Origin: Chitinophagales bacterium
Lineage (GTDB): Bacteria; Bacteroidota; Bacteroidia; Chitinophagales; LD1
NCBI GenBank assembly: GCA_046329515.1
Contig: JAXLUM010000003.1
Span: forward strand, 9,606-73,605
Reading direction: 5' to 3'
Length of the DNA: 64,000 bases
The position numbers and the translations under genes are program-made. How positions within the stretch are numbered: the stretch's first letter is position 1; each line of letters opens with the position of its first letter. Of the stretch, positions 29,501 to 38,234 are shown piece by piece. The notes beneath the pieces are model-generated. The model saw only the letters and a list, made by a program, of their open reading frames with translations, searched no databases and was not told the origin of the DNA.

Positions 29501-32500
29501 GGATTTGTAAACTCAGGTACTACTTATTCAGGTGCATGGAATGGTGCAACAGACCCTACAGCTAACCGCATAACAACAAGTCTTTCAAACAGCACTACCT
29601 GTTCGTTCAGCAGCACTGTTTACAACCGTAACTATGTTGCCCAGCAGTTCCAGGTAAGTGTAACGGGTTCTTACACCCTTGAAATGACTGATAATACCGC
29701 TTTTGATGGTATGGCTTATATAACAACAGGTGCGTTTGTGCCCGGCAACTGTGCCGGCGGCGGAACGTGGATTGTTGGTGACGATGATGGAGGTACAGCA
29801 GGTAATGAGCCTTTAATGACCACTACCTTAACCGCAGGTGTAACGTATACACTTGTTTCAACAACCTATGCTTTATCAAGCGGCACATACACCGGTGCGT
29901 TTAGCTGGACAATTACCCCACCAAGCGGCGGCCAGATTATGTTACCGGGCACAGTTAATATGAACTGGTATACCGCCTCTTTCGGTGGCTCGCCGGTAGC
30001 TACGGGCTCAACAATTAACCCGGTTACTTTAAGCCTGGTTAACTCAAACATTTCAGGAACTACTATTTTCTACGCTGCATGTTCAAGTAACAATACCTGC
30101 CGCACAGCTACAAACTTTGTGGTTTACAATCCACCGGTAGTTGCGCCTACGGCATCTCCGGTTACAATTTGTAACGGCGCTGCTTCTACAATTTCAGCAG
30201 GGGCAACAGCAGGCAGCAATCCTATTACTACCTATGCATGGAGCAGCGGTTTAGCAGGTAACGTATCAAGCGGTTCTGTAGCTCCTACAACTAATAGTTC
30301 GTACACTGTAACAGTTACCGATAACAAGAGTTGTACTTCAACCGGCACAATAGCAGTTAACGTTATTACCTGCGGTGCTAACACCTGGTTAGGCGGCAGC
30401 AGCGATTGGCATACTGCCGGCAACTGGAGCAATGGTTTTGTGCCAACCCTTTGTTCGCACGATGTTATTATACCGGTTACGCCTAACAACCCTGTAGTAA
30501 GCACAGCGGTTAACGTAGGTAATGTTCAATTACAAAACGGAACCACACTTACCCTTAACGCTAACCTTAACGTATGCGGTAACTTTAGCGGCGGTGCAAG
30601 CACTGTAGCACAGGTTAACGGCAGCGCACGCTTGGTATTAAGCGGTAGCAGCGCACAACAGTTAAGCGGCAAGCTTGAAGTAAACACCCTGCGCTTAAAC
30701 AATGCAGCAGGCGCTTCTTTACAGGCAGGCGCTTCAGTTGATGTGTTTGATGCAGTAGAATTACAAACAGGTGTATTAAGCACCGGCAGCGCTACACTGC
30801 GTTTCCGCAGCACATCACCTTCGCAAATTGCTATACTTAATAACTTCGGCCCGGGCTTTACCGGCAGCTTAAGCGGTAATGCAACTGCACAACGTTTTGT
30901 ACCTGTTGGCGGCACCAACCAGCACTATTTTGGTACACCGGTAACCAATGCTACGTTTGGCCAATTAGGCGCAACTGGCGTTCCCGGTTATGTTCTACCA
31001 ACCTATAACTGCGACCAAACTCAAATTGCTATTAACAGCCCTTATGGCACCGTGTACCAGTGGCATGATGACAAGCCGCTAAACGCGCAGTGCTTATACA
31101 ACGGATGGGAAGTTAAAATTAGCGGTACTACACAAGCGGGCCGCGGTTACTCTACCTTCCTGTCAAATGGTGTATTCAGCATTACCGGTAATATTAACCA
31201 GGGTGCCAGTTACTCCGTTAACGGTATGAATAACATTGGCTGGACAAGCAATACCCTACAGACCTATGGCTTTGTTCCTGCTGCATACGAATCGGGCTGG
31301 CATATTGTAGCTAACCCTTACTTAGCACCACTTACCTTAAACGGCCACACACCTGATTTTGATGCGGCTGCTATTTGGGTAACCAGCGGACCATTCAGCG
31401 GTTCATACCAACCTATTCCAATTACCGGTGGCAGCATTGCTCCGTTCCAGGGCTTTATTGTTCACCGCTCATCATCAAGCAGTGTAAACTTTACATTTAA
31501 CAAGAGTGAGTGTACTACCAGCGCAGGCCAAACCTTCTATAAGCAGGCCAGCCAGCATGCTATGAACATTCAGGTTAGCGGTAATGGCTTTAATGATATT
31601 ACCTATGTTGAGTTTAACAGCGATGCTACCAATACCTACGACGTGGGTTACGATAACCGTAAGCCGTTAAGCGTTTTAGGTCAGCCTACTATCTTTACGT
31701 TCAATACCAATAACGCAGAGCGTTTATCAATTAACGTAAACCGCAGCATTGATGAAACGCCGAATGTGCCAATGAACTTTATACCGGGCGCAAACGGAAC
31801 CTTTACCTTTACTGCCGATGGTGTTAACAGCTTCGATCCTACCAGCTATGTGTTCTTAGAAGATAAGCAAACAGGCCAGTGGATTGATTTACGCCAGAAC
31901 GCTACGTATACTTTCCAAAGCACTACTGCTGATGCACACGACCGTTTTGTATTGCACTTTACACCTGCCGCTGAATTAAGCGCCAGCGATGCAAGCTGTG
32001 CTACAATGGGCCAGATTACTATTGAACAGCCCGGCACTGCCAACTGGAACTACACCGTAAGCAACCAAAACAATGTGGTAATTGCCAGCGGTACATTGAA
32101 CCAGAACAACAGCGTTAACGTAAGCGCAACAGCAGGTGTTTACCAGCTTACATTGGTTGATAACAGCGGCTACACTGTAGTTAAGAACGTGCAGGTTAAT
32201 GGTGTGCAAACCATTGCCGCTGCTATGACTGCTGATAAGAACACAGTTGAAACAGCGCAAGACGTAACCTTTACTTCTACAACGGCTAATGCAGCTACTA
32301 CTGAATGGAACTTCGGTGATGGCGCTACAGCAACTACAGCTACAGCAACCCACCAATACCAAAGCGAAGGTGTTTACACTGTAAGCTTAACGGTAACCAA
32401 TGCAGATGGTTGTTCTTCAACTGTTCAGCAAACAATTACTGTTACAGCTAAAGAAGCAACAGGTATAAACAACCTTGATAAGGATGCTATACGCATGTGG

Positions 32501-32725
32501 AGCAATGAAAGCAACATCTTTATTGACTTTAGCAAGGTTAAACAGGTTAAAGCAAGCATTGCTATTTACAACGTGCTTGGCCAAAAACTGTTGGAAGATA
32601 CCTGGACCAAATCAAGTATCTACACCAAAACGCTTAGCAATCTTGATGCGGCTTACATTTTGGTGCATGTAAACAACAACGGAAAAATGACTACTGAAAA
32701 ACTGTTTATAACAGGAACCAAGTAA
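23501..32725 (+). CDS. Giant (3074 aa) T9SS-secreted adhesin-like protein: parallel beta-helix, FN3-like and lectin/anchor-like modules, PKD domain, type-A CTD
   Basis: Signal peptide. N-terminal beta-helix-like repeats (NITIKNC.., NNLITKC.., GNTIG..). Three tandem 271-aa modules. PKD motif WNFGDGATAT...YQSEGVYTVSLTVTNADGC. C-terminal sorting-domain-like 80 aa. Confidence 0.85.
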   Translation: MTKLKHFGKAKLALLSALCFLSITAAQAQVTKTVGGTGGADYATISAAFTAINSGLITGNITLNVISSTTEPATPVQLNASTVGSASYTSVLIKPTATATINSAASPTSGKGVIEFCGADNVTIDGAIAAGGSTQDLTIAIAGINVTQAAIRLAGGTTSPAFGCNNITIKNCKIVGNATGTTFTGVFGIAAASGYSSTTNTSTFSSAGTSADPDNLTITNNLITKCYTGIYVKATSGNLADNLVIKGNTIGSATSGSEVLFRGIDVQYTSTTANAGGVIDGNDIQVKQSTALIDIAGIQLSNCTNTIVRGNKLHDIINANTSGYGAYGIYLIVANSGVEISNNFIYNILGYRWSSTAPPTMSTGGPDHAIGVNLEVATNTKIWSNTINLYGAIPGTSNSVSADIALLSNTSVTGTDIRNNVLVNTQTTSTSSRVVAVYAVSGVTFTQSNYNIYWVGATAGTAPYFVGLLGTDRTNLAAWQGATTKDGNSLMADPLLVSSTNLHITSSSSPAKAAGSNPGVYVDYDAQTRGTSCDIGADEFSPTCFATGPVSVSGITQFAANLSWSAANTAPSNGYDIYYSTSSTAPTGATTPSFSGVSGLTQGLSGLTPSTLYYVWIRSNCGGTQSTWSGPTQFTSLANPCVTPTANTAGPLTYGTVTSTSIPVTSFPAASPAADGYLVVYSTSSTLSSGPVDGTTYAAGNALGGGTVVQANATTAFTISSLSANTLYYIFIYSYNNSGCSGGPKYFATAYSTSKLTCAAAATALAGTATGQTTATITWTNPTGASSWLLEYKPTSGSTWTTASPAPTGSPYSLTGLSASTTYDIRLTASNASCGTLVTTTSAFTTVCGAVAAGWSEGFETVTPGSGAGTGTYLPNCWSEIGDWTSATGTVSTYRKPRTGNQFIYTQWSADDWLFSPLTTLTGGVSYDFTYYYIADNNGGSGTTAFATELKYGTAQTAAGMTNAITTLTNVGTTSTFVKVTGTFTPATTGDYTVGIHVFVNSVTPNYISFDDISLTQTPPCPTAPTIGTITTTSTTATVPFTCTSCAGTFIAEYSTSSGFTPGTGATAGGGTVTSPVSSTPITINGLSPNTTYYVYLRNNCSGAFYSPNSTVASFTTPCAPVAVGWTEGFETVTPGSGAGTGTYLPTCWSEIGDWTSATGVVSTYRQPRTGNQFIYTNWTADDWLFTAPTTLTAGVSYDFTYYYIVDNNAGTGTSAFSTELKYGTAQTVAGMTNTITTLANVATTSTYTKVTQSFTPSVSGDYSIGIHVYVNSTTPNYFSFDDISLSVTPACSLAPTPGTITTTPVSATIPFTCSACTGTFIAEYSTTSGFTPGTGATAGGGTVTTPVSSSPISLSSLSPNTTYYVYLRNNCSGSTYSPNSSVFSFTTPCVAANVPYSESFDLVTQPALPSCYSIENTNADANVWKTCTSTSLGNLTAVTPRSGTNQMGIAYNTGAAMNDWFFLPQLNLTGGTSYRLTFWARGYTGLTEQLEVKYGTAASSASMTSGTILSTISIVGGGVYTQYTADFIPASSGTYNIGFHGLSASNQWYLFVDDIAVNLTPACPTTPTIGTPAVTATSATLPFTCTSCSGTFIAEYSTSSGFTPGTGATAGGGTVTAPVSGTPITISGLTPNTTYYAYVRNNCSGSNYSANSSVVSFTTYLDCSTATPLSCGVAGSYSVAGATGATAYNFSGTSPNNSCGNATPGPEQFFSFTPAVTGPYKFDGVKTGTANVSTLYKDASLGCGPTGWTCLGIINNGGFSNTITLTGGVTYLIIVDNQSAVNSATGTITVTCPCSGTPNAGTITQTSPQYFCGTTSTVTLNATGLSTTPGISYQWEESDDNGVSDPWANAVGGSGATTANYTSPAITKTLYYRLKSTCSTSGLSATTAPFQAIQNANPTVSITPSVSSVCSGVGTSVTLSATPSTGATYSWSNSLGSTQSVSVVPSITSTYTVSATVTATTCSATASTTITVNPAPPVTTGASVCPGGSATISTSSTCSGFVNSGTTYSGAWNGATDPTANRITTSLSNSTTCSFSSTVYNRNYVAQQFQVSVTGSYTLEMTDNTAFDGMAYITTGAFVPGNCAGGGTWIVGDDDGGTAGNEPLMTTTLTAGVTYTLVSTTYALSSGTYTGAFSWTITPPSGGQIMLPGTVNMNWYTASFGGSPVATGSTINPVTLSLVNSNISGTTIFYAACSSNNTCRTATNFVVYNPPVVAPTASPVTICNGAASTISAGATAGSNPITTYAWSSGLAGNVSSGSVAPTTNSSYTVTVTDNKSCTSTGTIAVNVITCGANTWLGGSSDWHTAGNWSNGFVPTLCSHDVIIPVTPNNPVVSTAVNVGNVQLQNGTTLTLNANLNVCGNFSGGASTVAQVNGSARLVLSGSSAQQLSGKLEVNTLRLNNAAGASLQAGASVDVFDAVELQTGVLSTGSATLRFRSTSPSQIAILNNFGPGFTGSLSGNATAQRFVPVGGTNQHYFGTPVTNATFGQLGATGVPGYVLPTYNCDQTQIAINSPYGTVYQWHDDKPLNAQCLYNGWEVKISGTTQAGRGYSTFLSNGVFSITGNINQGASYSVNGMNNIGWTSNTLQTYGFVPAAYESGWHIVANPYLAPLTLNGHTPDFDAAAIWVTSGPFSGSYQPIPITGGSIAPFQGFIVHRSSSSSVNFTFNKSECTTSAGQTFYKQASQHAMNIQVSGNGFNDITYVEFNSDATNTYDVGYDNRKPLSVLGQPTIFTFNTNNAERLSINVNRSIDETPNVPMNFIPGANGTFTFTADGVNSFDPTSYVFLEDKQTGQWIDLRQNATYTFQSTTADAHDRFVLHFTPAAELSASDASCATMGQITIEQPGTANWNYTVSNQNNVVIASGTLNQNNSVNVSATAGVYQLTLVDNSGYTVVKNVQVNGVQTIAAAMTADKNTVETAQDVTFTSTTANAATTEWNFGDGATATTATATHQYQSEGVYTVSLTVTNADGCSSTVQQTITVTAKEATGINNLDKDAIRMWSNESNIFIDFSKVKQVKASIAIYNVLGQKLLEDTWTKSSIYTKTLSNLDAAYILVHVNNNGKMTTEKLFITGTK
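26041..28479 (+). repeat. Three tandem 813-bp (271-aa) coding repeats inside the giant adhesin gene
   Basis: Units start near 26041, 26854 and 27667. Units 1 and 2 share long near-identical DNA runs (gaaaccgtaac.ccgggttcaggcgcaggcac.gg.ac.ta.tta.c....tgttggtcagaaattggtgattggac). All three share the FTCTSC.GTFIAEYST.SGFTPGTGATAGGGTVT module. Confidence 0.85.
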
Positions 32726-32749
32726 GCTTCCGTTTCTTATAACACACAA

Positions 32750-32781
32750 GCGGCCCCGTTTTTACGGGGCCGCTTTTTTTT
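32750..32781 (+). terminator. Rho-independent terminator after the giant adhesin gene
   Basis: GCGGCCCCGtttttaCGGGGCCGCtttttttt. Confidence 0.85.
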
Positions 32782-32789
32782 AAATAAAA

Positions 32790-32816
32790 GTCCCGCTCTC
32801 AGCGCGAAAGCGGGAC
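32790..32816 (-). terminator. Terminator hairpin for the convergent T9SS gene
   Basis: GTCCCGCtctcagcgcgaaaGCGGGAC, followed on the minus strand by ttttattt. Confidence 0.6.
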
Positions 32817-32853
32817 CGAACAAAACTCAATTCAAAAGAGAAATAGTTTGTAC

Positions 32854-35028
32854 TTATTGTTTGCTGAATTTTTTAACCGCGTTTTTACCGCTTACTGATT
32901 TTGTTTTAAGGGTGTAAAGCCCGCCGGCCAAAGGGGCTACATTAATTTTTGTTATTTGCCCCCTAACAAATAGTACCTGCTGCCCGGTTATACTATAAAC
33001 TTCTGCCGTTTCAATTTCTTCATCGCAGCTTATTATTAAAAGCTCTGTGGCAGGGTTAGGGTAAACACTCAGTGCATTGTCTTGTGCGTCCTCAATACCA
33101 TTAACAATTACGTTAACGCTGTTAGAATATTTTTGACAGCTACCATTGGTAGTAGCTACCATATAGTCTCCGGTTTGAGTAACTACATAAGTGCTGTCAT
33201 TAGCATTAGGAATAAATGTTCCGTTTAGATACCAGATAAAAGATGCACCCGGCGTAAACTGCGTAGCGGTTAAAACCGTGCCTGCCTCAACAATTACTGC
33301 TGCAGTATTAGTGGTTACGCTTACCGCTGCTGTGTTGGAGGTATCGCTACCCGCGCCGCAACCTGAGGTAGCAACGTAGTAGTAATTGCCGCTTTCTGTT
33401 GCAGTTACAAGGGGTATATAAATATTTCCTGATACTGCCCCGTTTATAGGCTGACCATCCTTATACCATTGCTGGGTGTAATTGGTGGTGCCTGTTACCG
33501 TTAAGGGGCCCAGTTGCAGGGTTTCGCCCTGGCATAAAGGAACGTTGGCTGAAAGTTGTGAGCTAATAACCGGCGCATTGCAGGGTACTGGTGGAGGTGT
33601 AACAAAATTTACCAGGGCAGTGCAGTGGTTGGTGTCTTCAAACAATATCTCGTATGTTTCAGGGCAAAGACCACCGGGGATAAAAGGTGATGATGTAACC
33701 TGTGCGGTAGAACCTCCGCCTGTCCAGCTAAATGTAGCGGTCATAGGGAAGGCGCCGCTAAGCGATATGTGCGCATTCCAGTCGCATCCGCCGGTGCCAT
33801 AAACAGAATCGAGCTGAGCAGAGAAGTTAGCGCAAAGCGAAGGATTAGAACCTTTACCTAAAACTTTAATAACAAAACCCGCAAGGCCTACGGTGGTTGG
33901 ATGATTGTTCAAATCAGGGCAGAAGCCTGATATAAGAATGTCGTTACCTAACATCTCCATATCGGTATAATAAACTTGCTGTGTGCCCAATAGGTAGGCG
34001 GCATTCATAGGGGCATAGTTGAAACTGTTTCCTATACCATCCGGATTAAAGGCATTGTCCAGCGTGTAGCTTGCGTTTAAAGCAAAAATATTGGAACCTG
34101 TAAACGCATAAATTTCACCGGTAGCGGCATGGCGTGTAAGTTGAATAACGCCGCTAACCGCTGCAGGAACAGCCGTTGTAGTACCGTTATTTATATTCAA
34201 CAGCATAAGGTTATCGCCACCTAAAAGTACTTGTGTGTTACTGATGGCTATCATAGCTTCATAATGCACATTGCCTAAATTATAAGTAGCAGTTGCCACG
34301 CCGTTGTTAATAATAAATACAGTGCTGCTGCCCATTACGTTGTATACCAATAAGGCGCATGTATTGCTACCGGGTATGGTGCGTAAAGCTTTTGGGCGCC
34401 ATGTGCCTATACCACCGGCTATTTTAGGAAAGGTGATTACCGTAGTGCCAGGTGCCTGAGCAAACTGCGTAATGTACAAGCTGTCGCCGGTGTAATTGAT
34501 TACGGCTGTTACAATATCTCCGCCTACTAATTGATCAGAGCAGTTTGGGTTGCTTTGCCCTACGGGGTAGTTAGGCCCGTAAAGCGCTTCGGTAATAAAT
34601 GAATCAGGTTGGGTTGTTTGATGAAACATAGGGTTGGTAGTGCCATCAAAGTTATACGCCATGTTTTGGTAGTGGCCACCGTTGGGGTTTTGCCCGCCAA
34701 GGAAAAACTTATTGCCGGCTACAGCGCCGGTATAGCCGCCTGCCGCCTGGTAGGCCAAACCGTTCTTACTCATTAGCTGGCTGCCATTATTATCGAACTT
34801 ATTAGCCAGGTAAGCGCCATTGGTTACGCCGCCAACCCAAAACTGGTCAGTAACGCCCGGTAAAATTTCCATATACTGTATATAGGCGCCGCCTGTAAGC
34901 GTATCAATATAAAAACCGTTTTGCCCAAAGGCCATATCATAGCGGGTTCCGGCTGAAGCCCCCCCAGCATGCACGTACCCGCCGTAAAAGGCCAGTAAGA
35001 ATGCGAAAAGAGTAATTGTCTTTTTCAT
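32854..35028 (-). CDS. T9SS-secreted beta-propeller/Ig-like protein (type-A CTD)
   Basis: Signal peptide after the ATG at 35028 (MKKTITLFAFLLAFYGGYVHA). C-terminus LSVYPNPATELLIIS...GGLYTLKTK...VKKFSKQ. Confidence 0.78.
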   Translation of the reverse strand: MKKTITLFAFLLAFYGGYVHAGGASAGTRYDMAFGQNGFYIDTLTGGAYIQYMEILPGVTDQFWVGGVTNGAYLANKFDNNGSQLMSKNGLAYQAAGGYTGAVAGNKFFLGGQNPNGGHYQNMAYNFDGTTNPMFHQTTQPDSFITEALYGPNYPVGQSNPNCSDQLVGGDIVTAVINYTGDSLYITQFAQAPGTTVITFPKIAGGIGTWRPKALRTIPGSNTCALLVYNVMGSSTVFIINNGVATATYNLGNVHYEAMIAISNTQVLLGGDNLMLLNINNGTTTAVPAAVSGVIQLTRHAATGEIYAFTGSNIFALNASYTLDNAFNPDGIGNSFNYAPMNAAYLLGTQQVYYTDMEMLGNDILISGFCPDLNNHPTTVGLAGFVIKVLGKGSNPSLCANFSAQLDSVYGTGGCDWNAHISLSGAFPMTATFSWTGGGSTAQVTSSPFIPGGLCPETYEILFEDTNHCTALVNFVTPPPVPCNAPVISSQLSANVPLCQGETLQLGPLTVTGTTNYTQQWYKDGQPINGAVSGNIYIPLVTATESGNYYYVATSGCGAGSDTSNTAAVSVTTNTAAVIVEAGTVLTATQFTPGASFIWYLNGTFIPNANDSTYVVTQTGDYMVATTNGSCQKYSNSVNVIVNGIEDAQDNALSVYPNPATELLIISCDEEIETAEVYSITGQQVLFVRGQITKINVAPLAGGLYTLKTKSVSGKNAVKKFSKQ

Positions 35029-35156
35029 TTTGTTTGATTTGTTGATTGAATTTTGTTTGAGCGCAAACATCAGCCACCTGAGGTGGGTATTCCGGGCCAT
35101 TTCATGAATGGTAGGTTTCAGTTTATGAATGGTAAATTTTTGTGGTAAACTTGGGT

Positions 35157-37028
35157 ATGAGTTTTTACGGCACCTCTATTGCTGATTTACTGAAAAGGCT
35201 TGAAACCGAAACGGGAGCGAAAAAGGCTGATACCTACCTGTATTTGGCGGTTGAGCATAAACCATCGGACCCTAAGCTGGCCCTGGATTATGCCAATAAG
35301 GCACTGGAGATTTGCCGTGAAGGAAATTTTAAAGAAGCGGAAATTGATTACTGGACGGTAAGGGCCATATTGGAAGAAGGTGTTTCGGCCTCGGAAAAAG
35401 CAATAGAACACCTTGAAAAAGCTGTGGCCATAGCCGAAGAGATTGGCGATAAACAGGGCAGGCTTACCGCCCTGCAAAAAATAGGCTTGCATAAACTGCG
35501 GCAGCACAAGGCTGATGAAGCGCGCGAAATTTTATTGCAATGCGTGGAGGATTATAAAGCCCTGCCCGATACATTAATGAAGGCGGAATGCTATCACCAA
35601 ACAGCCCACTACTTATTAAATGAAGATTTGGCAAAAGCCACTGAACTGGCATTGGCGGGGCTTGAAATGGCCCGAAAGGTTGGCCGCCCGCTTGATACGG
35701 TTCACCATTTAAAAACACTGCAAACTATAGCTGATAAAAGCGGCGATGTAAAAGGCGCTATACATTACGGCACAGAAGTATTGCGTATTAAGGACGAGAA
35801 CAATGATGAAACTGCGCTTATTGGTGTTGCGCGGCATTTAGGCCACCTGTATTTAAAAGGTGGTGATGGCGAAACCGCACGCCGGTATTTTGAACGCGAA
35901 ATAAAATTGCATTCCTCCCCTGTAAATGCGCACCGCACTAAGCAATTGCAACTTAATGATGCTGAAACGTATTTCTATGCCGGTAAAAAGCAGGAAGCAT
36001 TAAACTATGCCCAACAGGCAGTGGCTGAGGCACAAGTAGAAAACAATGAGCGAAAACTGGGCAGCGCTCAATTTCAATTGGGTAAACTGCTGCTGTTATG
36101 CAGCGATTATGCGCAAGCGGCAGCGCTGCTAAACCAATCTATCACTACAAAGGGCGAAGCTATGCCTGCGATAGACCACATTACCACCTTAAGCTTATTA
36201 GCAGAGTGTTATGGGCAGTTGAACCAATTTGATGAAGCGTATAAAGCACTAAAGCAAAAAATGGCCTTAGAGGCTGAGCTGATAAATACGGAACGCATTA
36301 AAGAAGTAGCGCTGCTGAATAAAAAATATGAGGCTGAAAAGCGGGAAGCTGAATTGCGCGAGCTTAAAATAAAACAACAACAAATTGAGTTGCAGCGCAC
36401 GGAAAGTGAATTGAAGGCTATTAAAGCCCAAATGAACCCGCACTTTATTTTTAACGCGCTTAACAGCATACAGGAAATGTTCTTTATTGGAGATAAGCGA
36501 TTGGCGAATGAGCACCTGGGTAAGTTCAGCCAGTTAACGCGCGATATACTTAAGGCCAGCGGCAAACGCACCATATCCTTGGCGGAAGAAGTGGAAATGT
36601 TGCGGAAGTACCTGCAACTGGAAGGGCTGAGGTTTGAAACGGGTTTTTCGTTTTCAATAACTGTTGAAGATGAAGATGCTGCCGACGATATTCTATTGCC
36701 GCCCATGCTTATACAACCCTACGTGGAGAATGCCATAAGGCATGGCTTACTACATAAGAAAGGAGAGAAGCGCTTAAGAGTACACTTTGCATTTAATGAA
36801 GCAGAAGAATATTTAAGTTGTGTGGTGGAAGACAATGGTATTGGCAGAAAGACAGCGGAAGAAATAAACAAAAACCGCAGGCAGTTGAATGAATCGTTCT
36901 CAACCTCTGCTAATGCCAAACGGTTAGAGTTATTGAACCAAAGCCGCAGTAAGCGCATAGGTGTAAATTATGATGATTTGGAGGAAGGCACAAGAGTGTC
37001 TATTTTAATACCGCTTAGTTATGATTAA
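35157..37028 (+). CDS. Cytoplasmic TPR-repeat sensor histidine kinase (LytS/YehU-type His_kinase domain)
   Basis: N-terminal TPR-like helical repeats with no TM segment seen. Coiled coil. NPHFIFNALNSIQ phospho-acceptor region. HATPase region PPMLIQPYVENAIRHG...DNGIG. Confidence 0.85.
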   Translation: MSFYGTSIADLLKRLETETGAKKADTYLYLAVEHKPSDPKLALDYANKALEICREGNFKEAEIDYWTVRAILEEGVSASEKAIEHLEKAVAIAEEIGDKQGRLTALQKIGLHKLRQHKADEAREILLQCVEDYKALPDTLMKAECYHQTAHYLLNEDLAKATELALAGLEMARKVGRPLDTVHHLKTLQTIADKSGDVKGAIHYGTEVLRIKDENNDETALIGVARHLGHLYLKGGDGETARRYFEREIKLHSSPVNAHRTKQLQLNDAETYFYAGKKQEALNYAQQAVAEAQVENNERKLGSAQFQLGKLLLLCSDYAQAAALLNQSITTKGEAMPAIDHITTLSLLAECYGQLNQFDEAYKALKQKMALEAELINTERIKEVALLNKKYEAEKREAELRELKIKQQQIELQRTESELKAIKAQMNPHFIFNALNSIQEMFFIGDKRLANEHLGKFSQLTRDILKASGKRTISLAEEVEMLRKYLQLEGLRFETGFSFSITVEDEDAADDILLPPMLIQPYVENAIRHGLLHKKGEKRLRVHFAFNEAEEYLSCVVEDNGIGRKTAEEINKNRRQLNESFSTSANAKRLELLNQSRSKRIGVNYDDLEEGTRVSILIPLSYD

Positions 37029-37764
37029 GGCAATACTGATAGATGATGAGGCAAAGGCGCGGCGCATACTTGAAGCGCTGATAAAAGAATACTGCCCCGA
37101 TGTAGAGATAGTGGCCACTGCCGAAGATGTGCCTTCAGGTGTTATTGCCATTAACCAGCATAAACCGGATGTGTTATTTCTTGATGTGGAAATGCCGGGT
37201 TATACGGGCTTTCAACTGCTCGACTTTTTTAAAGAAACTGATTTTGAAATTGTGTTTACCACAGCGCATAGCGATTATGCCTTGCAGGCTTTTAGGGTAA
37301 GCGCCATCGATTTTTTATTGAAACCTATTCAGATTTCGGAACTGATTGCTGCGGTAGATAAAGTGAAAGCGAAGATGGGGCAAAGTAAAGAGCGGCTTTC
37401 CGTTTTGCGCGACAACTTCGAAAACAACGCCATTAAAAAAATGGCTTTACCCGTAGCGGAAGGCTTACTGTTTGTAAATGTAGAAGAGCTTTCGCACCTG
37501 GAGGCAGATGGCCCGTACACTAACTTCCATTTCTCTGACGGACGAAAAATATTGGTGAGCAAAAAGATAAAGGAGTTTGAAGAAGCGCTTACCCAGCGTA
37601 ATAGTTTCTTCCGTACGCACCGTTCGTACATTATTAACCTGAAAAAGATAAGCCAGTATGTAAAGCAGGAGGGGGGATATGTGTTGCTGGAAAATGATAT
37701 TCAGATACCCCTGGCCCGCGAAAGGAAGAATGATTTTTTAACGGTAATTGAACGTTTTGCCTAA
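37021..37764 (+). CDS. LytTR-family DNA-binding response regulator
   Basis: Receiver domain (ILIDDE...DVLFLDVEMPG). C-terminal LytTR (FFRTHRSYIINL). Overlaps the kinase gene by 8 nt. Confidence 0.9.
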   Translation: MIKAILIDDEAKARRILEALIKEYCPDVEIVATAEDVPSGVIAINQHKPDVLFLDVEMPGYTGFQLLDFFKETDFEIVFTTAHSDYALQAFRVSAIDFLLKPIQISELIAAVDKVKAKMGQSKERLSVLRDNFENNAIKKMALPVAEGLLFVNVEELSHLEADGPYTNFHFSDGRKILVSKKIKEFEEALTQRNSFFRTHRSYIINLKKISQYVKQEGGYVLLENDIQIPLARERKNDFLTVIERFA

Positions 37765-38153
37765 TGAACAAGGAGATACAGGAATACAACAACAAGCAGC
37801 TTGAAGGTGATAAAGAGATTTGCGATTTATTAGCCACTACTATTTGCGCTGCATTACCCGAAGCGGAAAACAAAATATGGCATGCGCACCCCGTTTGGTT
37901 TTTGGACGGTAACCCTGTTGTAGGGTATAGCAAATTGAAAGGAAGTGTTCGTTTGCTGTTTTGGAGTGGACAATCTTTTGAAGAAGCAGGCTTACAAAAG
38001 GAGGGAAGTTTTAAAGCTGCTGAAGCTCGTTTTACCGATGCCAGCGAGGTACAGGTGAAAGACCTTAAGCGCTGGCTTAAAAAGGCGCGCGATATACAAT
38101 GGGATTATAAGAACCTGGTAAAGCGCAAAGGAAAACTGGAGCGCCTGAAGTAG
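37764..38153 (+). CDS. DUF1801 (YdhG-like) domain protein
   Basis: 129 aa with K.WHAHPVWFLDGNPVVGYS.LKG.VRLLFW, typical of YdhG-like proteins. ATG overlaps the regulator stop. Confidence 0.6.
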   Translation: MNKEIQEYNNKQLEGDKEICDLLATTICAALPEAENKIWHAHPVWFLDGNPVVGYSKLKGSVRLLFWSGQSFEEAGLQKEGSFKAAEARFTDASEVQVKDLKRWLKKARDIQWDYKNLVKRKGKLERLK

Positions 38154-38199
38154 TCAGCACTAGTAATCTGCAACATATTATTGCAGAGAAATAAAATAT

Positions 38200-38231
38200 A
38201 AAGCCGCCCCCTTTTTAGGGGCGGCTTTTTT
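38200..38231. terminator. Bidirectional rho-independent terminator
   Basis: aAAGCCGCCCCctttttaGGGGCGGCTTttttt lies between two convergent stops (38153 and 38235). Confidence 0.85.
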
Positions 38232-38234
38232 CAG

